Origin: Octopus sinensis
Taxonomy: Eukaryota
Assembly (NCBI RefSeq): GCF_006345805.1
Contig: NC_042999.1
Location: 71,982,001-72,046,000 of the forward strand
Reading direction: 5' to 3'
DNA: 64,000 nucleotides
Below the pieces are notes generated by a model. The model worked only from the letters and a program-made list of their open reading frames with translations. It had not been told where the DNA came from and did no database searches. A program made the translations under genes and the position numbers. This document shows, one piece after another, positions 53,165-64,000 of the stretch. The first letter of the stretch is position 1, and every line of letters begins with the position of its first letter.

Positions 53165-53560
53165 TTCGAAATGTTTTGTTTCGTATGGGGAGAACACAGG
53201 GGGCAGCAGTATTCGAGGTGTGGCCGTACAAAGGAGGAGAAAATTGGAATGATGACACCTTGTTCTCTGAACCGAAAGGTTCTTAAGATCCAGGAGCTCA
53301 TCCGATGAGCTATATCGACCTTATTGTTGATGTGAGTACTCCAACTGAGATTAAAGTCTTGGAAACAAGTTCGAACTCTGATATCATATATCTTGACTTC
53401 AGTAAAGCGTTCGACAGGATCGACCATAATGTCTTACTCTCAAAATTGGCAAATGCTGGAATCCGTGGAAAACTTCTACACTGGACTGAGTATTTCCTGG
53501 AGAATAGAACACAACATGTTGTGGTCGATGAGTCCACTCAAGCTCAGCAAAAGTCATAGA
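53165..53560. mobile_element. CR1/L2-type LINE RT fragments in opposite orientation (junction ~53358/53359)
   Basis: Minus: DFNLSWSTHINNKVDIAHRMSSWILRTFRFREQGVIIPIFSSFVRPHLEYCCPLCSPH. Plus: LETSSNSDIIYLDFSKAFDRIDHNVLLSKLANAGIRGKLLHWTEYFLENRTQHVVVDES. Confidence 0.85.
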
Positions 53561-54428
53561 ACCTACGTTAATGTCAAGAATTTGTAAAGTTTTCTTTGTT
53601 GAAGTCCCAGGTGTTCATGACATTTGCACCATCCAACTGTAAGCGCGAGCTCTTGGACTTACGAGAACGTGTAATCAGCGCTGGTGCAGTACATCAATCA
53701 AACCTTGAAGTATGAGCTTGAAATGTGAATCTATATTCCTGAATATTTGATAGCATGAGTACTATAATTTTCGAGCTGTTACCGGTTGTTACTCGAATAT
53801 GCGGTCTAGGTAAAATAAAATTTTAAATAAAATTCTTTCCTGGATATCAGGTGCGCAATTTGTGAACCGAAGTGTCTAGCTTACAAATTTAAATACAAAA
53901 CTACGAGTATAATAACATGAAAATAAGTGTCAGTTGCTTTCTCATATCTTAAATATCAATGACAAGTGTGTTGAAAGAGGGGTCTATACAAATTAAGCCT
54001 TGCCAAAGGGCATCTGGTGTAAGGGGACATTACAAATACAGATAAAACATAATGGGGAAAGGGCAGGTTTCGCATAGAATGTGGTCAAGCGAATAAAAAA
54101 AGTAAACGAAAAGAGCCTGTAATATAAATTATATATGATGCACAAATACATATACAATAATGCAATCCTCACGGTAAAGCAGAACCTCCAACCAGGCCCC
54201 AACAAAGAGCATCACAAGAATAAGTGCTCTCTCCTAATTATTGTCCTCCGATCTATAGCGTCATATTTAGAGTAGCCCCATCCTCTATTACCATTTCAAA
54301 TGCAGACACAAGCGTTTTTACAAATTCGCGATAGTAGAGCACTTCACCAACATCTTACTTTCAAACTGGAACTTGAAAAGATCATTGATGATGATGACGA
54401 TAATACTAATAATAATAACTATAATAAT

Positions 54429-54725
54429 AAGAGAACACCGGGAACGTTTAAGAGAACACCGGAAACGTTTAAGAGAACACCGGGAACGTTTAAGAGAACA
54501 CCGGGAACGTTTAAGAGAACACCGGGAACGTTTAAGAGAACACCGGGAACGTTTAAGAGAATACCGGGAACGTTTAAAAGAACACCGGGAACGTTTAAGA
54601 GAACACCGGGAACGTTTAAGAGAACACCGGGAACGTTTAAGAACACCGGGAACGTTTAAGATGTAAGGAACACCGGGAACGTTTAAGATGTAAGGAACAC
54701 CGGGAACGTTTAAGATGTAAGAACG
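54429..54725 (+). repeat. Minisatellite: 10 x 21-bp AAGAGAACACCGGGAACGTTT, 1 x 19-bp, 2 x 27-bp AAGATGTAAGGAACACCGGGAACGTTT, plus a partial unit
   Basis: Units counted directly; single substitutions in units 2, 7 and 8. Confidence 0.95.
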
Positions 54726-55383
54726 ATAAAACAGTGCTCCGAAATCTATCCACAAACATCGAAAACAAAGACATCGTATGGAGCCAAAAAATTTACTAAC
54801 AAAGGACTGGACTATATCCGAGCAAGTAATACTCATTCAAATTTATTACTATTTTCGAAACGAAATGATGTATTTTAACTCGATATCATCTCCACCTCTA
54901 ATACAACACATGTAAACATGCGTGATACAGTACGATCCATCAATACCAGATCATCCCCGACCCCAAACAACATGTACAAAAAAACTACGAAGAAATTAAA
55001 TAAACCGATATTATTCAACCCAAGAATAACAATCGGGAAGTACGTACTTTAAACTTACAACACAAAATGTACGAAAAACTACGCGTGCAAAACAATGTGA
55101 CAACAGAAATGAACGGACCGGTACCCTACGAAAATGACGACCGTCAAAATAATGGGCCGGACTTTGTTCCTCATGTCCCGCAAATAGAACCCAAAAGACA
55201 TAAATGGACACGTGAGGAATACATTTCTATCCTACACGCTTACTTCACAGCAGTGCTCTACCCAAAAAATGAAAACACAACAAATGCCAGAATGGCTCAC
55301 GAAGGGGAAAAACCATCTTAATTCCCAAATCAAATGAGACAGCAAAACCAGAAAACTACAGACCAATAACCTGTCTCCCTACA

Positions 55384-57168
55384 ATGTACAAGGCATTTAC
55401 TGCAGTGATATCGCAATGGTTGAACAAGCACCTGGACGAAAACAACCTGTTTCCAGAAGAGCAGAAAGGAAGCCGCAAAGGCTCATATGGCTGTAAAGAT
55501 CAACTAATGATTAATAAACCCATAACTGAAGACAGCCACAGAAAGAAGAAAGGCCTCAGTATGGCCTGGATCGACTACAAAAAGGCGTTTGATAGCATCC
55601 ACCACACATGGATCCTAGAAACACTAGCCATTAACAAAGTAGCACCAACAATTATAAAATTCATAGGACACTCTATGAATAAATGGCAAACAGTGCTACA
55701 GCTCCAAACAAAAGAGGGACTCATGAAAACCAAAGCCATCCCCATTAGAAGGGGAATATTTCAGGGAGACACGCTCTCTCCACTCCTTTTCTGCTTGGCA
55801 CTGTCACCTCTATCTGATATGCTAAATAGTACTGGATGCGGATATAAATGCTACGGCAAAACGATCAGCCACCTTTTATATATGGATGACCTAAAACTAT
55901 ACGCTGCAAATGACAAACAGCTGGAAACACTATTAAAGACAGTTCATGGATTTACCAAAGAAATAGATATGGAATTTGGATTAGAAAAATGCGCCAAAGT
56001 AACCATGAAAAGAGGAAAACTAGTTAAGAGTAGCAACATCACACTAGATAAAACCAATGAAATAAAAGAATTAGACCAAAGCCAAACTTACAAATACTTA
56101 GGAATCCATGAACTAGATAAGACACAACACACACAAATGAAAAAGAAAATAAAAAAAGAATATTATAGACGAGTTAGATCAATACTGAAAACAGAGCTCA
56201 ATGCTAAAAACAAGATAATAGGTATTAACACTTTAGCTGTCCCAGTTATAAGTTACAGCTACAATATCCTTAACTGGACACTAAATGAACTGACCAAAAT
56301 AGATAGGAAAACAAGAAAAATAATGACAGGATCTAGGATGCATCACCCAAAATCTGACATAGAAAGACTATATATACAACGTATAGAAGGTAGTAGATGC
56401 CTTATACAGCTGGAAAACTACCATAAAATAACTACCATAGAACTGCAAAAATATCTGCTTCAGAAAGAAGGAAAACTGATACGAATAGCGGCAAAACACG
56501 AGCAAAACAAAAAACTGTTCTCAGTATTTAAGGAAGCTGACAAATACAAACAAGAAATCATACCACCTAACAAATATGAAGAAGAAGAAGATGATGAAGA
56601 AACAACAAATGCTATAAAACAAATGAAATCCAAACTAAAACTAGAACAGCAAAGAACCATGATAAAACGATGGCAACAAAAGCCCCTTCATAGTAAATAC
56701 TGGACTAAACTAAATGCAAAAGAAATTGACAAAGAAAAATCCCAGCAATGGTTGAGAAGCTCAGGACTCAAAGCAGAGACAGGGGGATTTTTAATTGCAG
56801 TACAAGACCAAAGCCTCCCCACCAGAAATTACCAAAAACATGTAATGAAGAGAAATATAACAAGTAACTGCAGAATATGTGGAGATGTACAAGAAACAAT
56901 AAATCATATTATCTCTGGCTGCCCAGTCCTAGCTAAGAAGGAATATATTCACAGACATGACAGAGTTGGAACCTACATTCACTGTAAGCTATGCCAACAT
57001 TATGGAATAACAACAGAAAAAAGATGGTATAGGCACACACCAGAAACGGTCACAGAAAACGAGAAAGCAACCATACTCTGGGATATGCCGATACACACAG
57101 ATAGAGAAATTAAGGCCAACAGACTAGATATAGTTGTCAGAGATCATGAAGAAAAAAATGCTTTCTAA
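55384..57168 (+). pseudogene. Reverse transcriptase ORF fragment of Dong-like LINE
   Basis: Supplied 594-aa ORF with RT motifs and zinc knuckle; frameshifted before the endonuclease C-terminus. Confidence 0.9.
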
Positions 57169-57536
57169 TTGATGTATCAATACCGGCAGATGACAACGTT
57201 TCTCTAAAAGAAATGGAGAAACTTTCAAAATACAAAGACCTGGAAATAGAGGTAACTAGAATGTGGAATCTAAAAACAGAAACAATCCCTAGGTGCATTA
57301 GGCATGATAAAAAAATATTCAGACAAATACATAACAAAAACACCAGGACTTACAAACACATATAACATACAGAAAATTGCACTACTAGGCACTGCACACA
57401 TCCTACGCAGAACACTTTCCATACAATAACCATCAGAGCATCACAACAAATCACAGCACATACCCAAGGCACACAGACCTGCGCTCGGCAGTGAAGTGAA
57501 AGCACGCTATAAAAATAAAACGACTGAATAATAATA

Positions 57537-57629
<93 letters not shown>

Positions 57630-58057
57630 TAATAATAACAACAACAATAATTATAGTAATAATAATATATACGCAGCTTATAATATATTCACACACACAT
57701 ACATGTACACAGATATACACATACACTCACACACACACACATACATTTACAATGTGCATGTTTTATTAATGTATCGGCGGTAGGAACGGAATGCTCCAAG
57801 GTCATTGTGCATGTGTAAGATCGCGTGCCGTTGTATCCCAAAAACGATCGCTCCCCCCTACACTTTTCTACTGTGGCCTCCTGCGAGAAAATAACTAGTA
57901 TCAATGTTCTTTTTGTCCAATGCAGTATAACACGTAAGAAGAGTTACGTCTGAATAAAAGATTTGTTCCGACTTGATACATTCACAAACGCGCACACGCG
58001 CGGCAAAGATGCGTGTGTGAATGTGTTTGTGTGTGTTTATATACATGCATAGATGCA

Positions 58058-58140
<83 letters not shown>

Positions 58141-58164
58141 TTTGTGTGTGTGCGTGCGGTTAAT

Positions 58165-59535
58165 TCCCGTCCGTTAAGAGTTCGTCTACTTTCTCGTTTG
58201 CTCCACTTTCGTCTATTTTGTATTCTTTGTGCTTCTCACTCAACTGCTTCTCGTTACATGCATGTTTCGGGAGTGGCCATGGAAACGAGAATGGGCCCCA
58301 ACTATGCGAGTCTGTTCATCCTACGTGGATATCCCCTCAACACTTCTTCACAGCGCCCATGCAAGAGCACTTCCGTGGATCGTGTCTCCCGTCTCCTGTC
58401 TCCCGTTTCGCCTCACCTACCACCCCAACACCCTACCTCTCCTACGCACCATTCTCCGGGCCTTCTGGCGACTCCAGTCCGACCCCTCCACTTCGCACAT
58501 CTTCCCTAACCGACCCCTCCCCTCCTACGAAACCTCTTGTTCCACAGCTTCTTACCTAACCCAACCTCCCAAACGGGCTCATTCCTCTGTTCCCGCCCAA
58601 GCTGCCGCACTTGCCCTTACCTCTACAACACCACCCTCCTCACCGGCACCCATTATATACCCTATCACATCACCGATTCCTTCACTTCCAATGTCATCTA
58701 CTGCATCTACTGCTCTCTCTGCCCTTCTGTATACATCGGGCAAACGGGACGTCGCTTGACTGACCGGTTCGCGGAACACCTCCAGTCTCGCGCCATTTCT
58801 GCCCTACCAGTCACTCTTTGCAACACCTGTCTGTGTTCGGATTGTCCTTGCACAGGGGCCATCCGGACTCCTGTTTGCGACGTGAACAGAGATTAATCTT
58901 CTCTCTTCGCTCCTTTGCGCCACATGGGCTCAACTCTCCTTCCTTCTTCCTCTAAACTCCTCTCCTCTCTCCTCTCACACTTCCTTCCACCCACCTCTCT
59001 TCTCTTGCTCCGACACGTACTTCTTCTCTTCACTCCTACTCTCCTTCTCTCTTCTCTTCACTCCTACCCACCTTCTCCCTTCCGCCTTCATCGTCACCCC
59101 TCTATCGTAATCCCACCCCACCCTTACACAATACAACCCCACCTTCCCTATCCATCCCATCCTACACACTCTCACATGCCCCACCTCTACCCCACTCTCA
59201 GCCTACCCACATACCCCACATCTACTCCCAACCTTAACCTAACTCACACCCCTCCTTTACTTTCCCCACTCTCCCCTCCCCCACCTCCCAACACCATCAC
59301 TCCACACCACACACCACTACACCATATCTCTCCTTCTTCGTAACTCTCCTGTTTGACGCCCTCTGTCCGGCATTCGCCATGATAGATCGCTAGCCACTAC
59401 ACATTCTTTATTTTCTCTCCATTCTTTCTGTGGAAGAGCGGAGGCTCTAACCGTTAAAGACTTTTCCACTTTCCGAGCGTTAAACTAATACATCTGTTTG
59501 TTGTCTACACCACCTGTCTTCATCTTTTTTCTGAA
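58165..59535 (+). mobile_element. Penelope-like element remnant (partial RT, GIY-YIG endonuclease, terminal repeat)
   Basis: YMHVSGVAMETRMGPNYASLF (RT); CSRPSCRTCPY..SNVIYCIYCSLCPSVYIGQTGRRLTDRFAEHL (GIY-YIG with CxxC); pyrimidine-rich tail; terminal repeat shared with 40330-40440 and 47640-47790. Confidence 0.88.
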
Positions 59536-59556
59536 TTCTTTCTTTCTCTCTCTCTC

Positions 59557-59663
<107 letters not shown>

Positions 59664-60771
59664 ACATGTAGAAACATAATTATGTGCATTTAAGTGTGTT
59701 TTAATGAGCTGTATTTCTTTGTGGAAATGTGCATGCATCTTTTTCGTTTGTGCAGCTTTTCAATGTATGAAGCTGTACATTTTTTAAGGCAGTAATGATT
59801 GAAAAACAGAATGTAGTGTCCTATTTAAAAAGCAATTTATTACAACCAAGTGTCTGTTAAGTTCCCAATTATAATAAATGTTTCAGGAAAAGTACATTGA
59901 TCAAGGAAACTGGAAAATAACTATGAATCTGCCATTATCTCTTCGAATAAGAAAAGCAGGAAAGAAATGTTAATAAAAGAAATCTTGTTATGGTACATTA
60001 CACTTCACGGTGAAATGAGTTATATTTGTATGCAGTACAGTCCAATTTGTGTAACTAGCCAAACAATTATTTTAGTAGTGTAAGGACAGGGTTTAAAGTG
60101 ATTAATTAATGTCGTTATTCATAGTTCCTACAGAGCAAGTGAAAGATAATAATGATCTTCATATGAAATTATGGGCGGTGTTTTGTAAAACTAGTGTTGT
60201 CTTGTAAAATATATCCAGATTTTACACACAGAAATATATGCGAATTTTCTAAGACGTGTGCGTAATCTCTTGACAGAACAAACATATATTTTAACATTAA
60301 CACTCCAAGGCAAGGTCGTTTCGGAAATTTGTTTCCAGTGCTTGATTTGCATATAAAGCATCGGTGCCAAAGGAACGAAAACTAATGTTCTTCTCAACGA
60401 GATTTCAACTGCAACTTATCTGCACAGAATAAGGATTTTTTTTTCCTCTATCGATCTAAACAATTCTCTCAAGTCAGCAACCTGGAAGAATCTTAATTAC
60501 GTCAGTCAAAATACTTAATGATATTTTTATCAGTTTTCTTCCCACTGAGTGCAAATCCCACTGAAGGCAACTTTGCACTTCAACCCATACGGGTTGATAA
60601 AATAATGTAGCAGTCAAATACTGATAGCCTAAATCCCTTCCTTCCGAATTGCTGACTTTGAACTCTGCAACGGACCGACATCGCGTTCACGGGAATCTTC
60701 TCTCCTCGGTTGTTTGTGCGTCATGAAAATCGAGTAACCGATATAATGAGTTCTGGGGCTCGAGAAAATAC

Positions 60772-60825
<54 letters not shown>

Positions 60826-63800
60826 GTTTTTTTTCTTCTTTCAAATTTGCTTCCATTTCTTGCCGAGTGTCTTCCCGACTCCTAGGGCAAAGAAACTCAT
60901 AGCATACATTGGTAGGCCATTAAACCAAACTCAGTAGTTCGTTTATTTTTTATTTTTTATTTTTTTTAAAGTTAAATTAAAATACATGAGCAGCAACAGT
61001 TCTCACATCGACAATGCTCTTCTCAATACGTGTGATGTACCAGTTAAGACAATCTTTTGCACTTATTGCAGGGATGGTAAGCCAGGGATCATTCTCATAT
61101 AATTTTCGGTTCCCTTCTTGATCATTCCTAGTGCTCCTACGATCACTGGTATTGTAACCGCCTTGAGATGCCACATTTTCTCAATTTCAATGAGTAGGTC
61201 TTTATATTTTCTGAGCTTGTCAAACTCTTTCGCTGAGATATTATGATCACAGGGGATGCTCATGTCGATCAATAAGCAAACTTTATTGTTTTGGTCTTTC
61301 ACAACAATATCTGGTTTATTGGCTTTGATGGTTCGGTCTGTATGTACTGGAAAGTCCCACAGAATGGTTACATTTTCTCCTTCAGTTACAGCCTCAGGGT
61401 GGTGATTATACCACTTGTCGGCAGTTTTGATATTGTAATGCCGACTTATTAGCCAGTGGAGATATTGGCCAACTCTGTCATGTCTTAATTTATACTCCAC
61501 TGGTGCTAAGACTTCACATCCAGAGATTAGGTGGTCCACTGTTTCAATCATGTCGTTGCAGAATCGGCATTTTGGGTCTGCTCCATTTTTCATCACATTG
61601 GCCTGGTAGTTCCGGGTTAATAGGCTTTGATCTTGAGCAGCCAGGATGAAACCTTCGCTCTCTGCTTTTAGCCCTGAGCTCCGTAGCCACTGATGGGTTT
61701 GCTTCTGGTCAACATCAGCTTGTTTGCTGCGGGTCACATATTTGCCGTGCAGAGGTTTCTCCTCCCACCTATCAGCCAATTGCTCGTGCGCTTTCTTCAT
61801 TGCCATCATTTTCACCTTCTTTGCAACAATAGTTGCCGTACTTCCCTCGGGTTGTTCAGTTTGGGTATCCTGCACGAGATCAATAGCAAAGTTTTTGCTT
61901 TCCTTTATGATAGAATGAAGCTTCTTTCGTCTCTCGTGATTTTCCACGAGCTTTAGCATCTAGTCATTCGATATTTCGAGATATTTGGCCAGTCCAATTG
62001 TGGTTGTTTGTAAGCTAGTTCAAATTGGATCAGGCCTCGACCTCCTTGGGCTCTGGGAAGGTAAAGGCGATCTACGTCTGCCTTTGGGTGGTGCATCCTA
62101 TTACAACTCAGCAGCTTGCGTATTTTTCTATCTATATTCTTACTTCACTCATATTCCAGTTCAACACATTGTAGCTATAAGTAACAACTGGAACTGCTAA
62201 GGAATTTATAGCTAACACCTTGTTACGTGCATTTAGTTCAGATTTCAGGACTGCACGAACTCTCCTATAACATTCCTTCCTGATTTTCTCTTTCATGCTT
62301 GCATGCTGAATACCAGAGCCTTCATTTATCCCTAAATATTTGTATTTTGTTCTTGCTCAAGCTCTCTTATGACTGTGTCAACATCTAACACGACTGAATT
62401 TGTGGTCTTCACTTTCCCTTTCTGGAAAGTGGCCTTGGCACACTTCTCAAGTCCAAACTCCATCCCGATGTCATCGCTGAATGATTTCACGGTGCGCAAT
62501 AGGCCTTCAAGTTCATTATTGTCTTTACCATAAAGTTTTAAGTCATCCATATAAAATAGATGGCTTATTTTTTTATTGGCAATTTTATAACCATACCCTG
62601 TTCTGTTTAATTCACTTGTAAGGGGTATTAGGACTATGCAGAATATTAAAGGTGAAAGTGAGTCACCTTGAAAAATTCCACAGTTGATGTTTATATTTTC
62701 TGAGGCAAGTACTCCATTAGAGTGGTATAATTGGAGATTCGTATTCCACAACGACATATTGTTCTTCAGGAAGTTTGGAATCACAGGGGAAATTTTGAAG
62801 ATGTCCAGCGATCTCAAGATCCATGGATGCGGTATACTGTCGAAGGCCTTTTTGTAGTCAATCCATGCGGTGCTGAGATTTCTGCGCTTGTTGTGACAGT
62901 TCTCAAGGATCATACGATTGATTAGCAGTTGATCTTTGCATCCGTAAGAGCCTCGGCGGCACCCTTTTTGTTCAATGGGGAAAATATCGTTCTTCTCCAT
63001 GAATGCATATGTTTTCTCCGCCAGGATAGATGTTAGGATTTTATACGTGGTGGATAGACAGGTTATAGGCCGATAGTTTTTTGGAAGGTTGGTTTCGTTA
63101 TTCTTTGGGAGTAGGTAAGTAATGCCACTTGCTAACCATTCAGGTGTTTTCTTTGGGTCTCTCATAATTCCATTAAGCAGCTGAACTAGCATACCGTGTG
63201 CGCATGGGAGCGATGCGAGCCAGAAATTCGGCACCCTATCTTTACCGGGAGATTTCCAATTATGGGCCTTCGTGAGTACTTTTCTTAGGTCTGCTATTGT
63301 GATGTCTTCCCATGCTTGTTGTTGTAAATTTTGGTAGGATCCTTCAGTTTGTATAATCCAGTCTGCATTTATGTTGTACGTCTTCTTGTCACTCCAAATC
63401 CTTTTCCAAAAGTTTTGAACTTCTTCCATGGAAGGGGGGTCTTTAACGGTTACTTTCTCCTTCCCTATTTCTCTGTAGAATTTTTTGGCATTGGATGTGA
63501 ACAGCTTATTTTGCTTGTAAAACTTGTTTCTCTTCTCAAATCTTCGTATTCTTTGGGCTTTTGCTTGGACTTTTTGTTTCAGCGTTTCTTTTATTGATAT
63601 CAGTTCTTCTCTTGGTGAGGATCCAAATTTTCTCTTCATCTTTCTTCCTGTTCTGGATCTTACATCATTTCCACATATTAGTTCATTTAATATTGATATT
63701 TTCCCTCTCATAAATACAATCTCTTTTTCAATTTTACTTCTCCAGGTTTGATTTCTTCCCAGGTTTTGTTTTCTTTGTTTTTTCGGGGGCATATAGCTGG

Positions 63801-64000
63801 TTTCAATTGCCCTAGCAGAAGCGTAAATAATTTCATTTAACTCAGTAAAATCAGGTTTTAATTCTCGTATTATTTCATTTGTTACATAGTTGCCAATTTG
63901 GATTTGTTTTTTATTTTGGTTTGTATTTGAGAGTTTATGAAGTGGTTCTCTATCATTCATACTTGTATGTGTTACAACTTCAAGCGTATTCAGGATTTTC
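60772..64000 (-). mobile_element. Second R4/Dong-type LINE (different subfamily), running off the window, tail-to-tail with the 54-57 kb copy
   Basis: ORF 62332-63960 (NYRPITCLST, WIDYKKAFDS, GIFQGDSLSP, YMDDLKLY); ORF 61063-61959 (CRFCNDMIETVDHLISGC, NKPDIVVKD..LIDMSIP..KYKDL); frameshifts near 62340 and 62100; nonsense codon at 61063; (TAA)n tail 60772-60823. Confidence 0.92.

Larger units (their letters stand above)
54429..57528 (+). mobile_element. R4/Dong-type non-LTR retrotransposon (RT + CCHC + restriction-like endonuclease), internally deleted, flanked by (TAA)n
   Basis: NYRPITCLPT, QKGSRKGSYGCKDQL, WIDYKKAFDS, GIFQGDTLSPLLF, YMDDLKLY, CRICGDVQETINHIISGC, then (after a frameshift near 57158) CFLIDVSIP..KYKDL; stop at 57429; (TAA)n 57529-57665 and TAA repeats at the 5' side. 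Confidence 0.9.

Noticed and set aside
54429-54725. CRISPR-like array; ORFs with KRTPGTF, REHRERL or LNVPGV repeats
   Set aside because: Units are head-to-tail with no unique spacers, no cas genes are present and the context is eukaryotic; the ORFs exist only because the 21-bp unit lacks stops in several frames

Overview
AT-rich, microsatellite-dense animal genomic DNA. The SINE families and repeat landscape suggest Octopus (an inference; no search was run). One protein-coding gene crosses the window on the + strand: a leucine-rich-repeat GPCR of the GRL101/RXFP (type C LGR) group. Nine exons were read by hand: an LRR N-cap exon (6317-6428), seven 72-bp phase-2 LRR exons (11034-11105, 14847-14918, 18897-18968, 24060-24131, 25690-25761, 28271-28342, 36790-36861) and a hinge+TM1 exon (48321-48519). 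They join in frame with canonical AG/GT sites; the N-terminal and TM2-7 exons were not found and probably lie outside the window. The introns hold tRNA-type SINEs, two mariner remnants, R4/Dong-type LINEs (TAA- and ACAT-associated), CR1-type and Penelope remnants, a Helitron-like element and several foldback elements. Most notable: (1) about a dozen minimal type I hammerhead-ribozyme motifs, four near intact, one of them on the sense strand, plus a three-copy family with a non-canonical CUGUNGA core and a compensatory stem II change; (2) an inverted ~540-bp repeat pair bracketing LRR exons 2-7, which could promote a 432-nt stop-free circular RNA or in-frame skipping; (3) a 13-unit array of the apparent 5' terminus of a Dong-like LINE. 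Most short ORFs in the supplied track are microsatellite artefacts.
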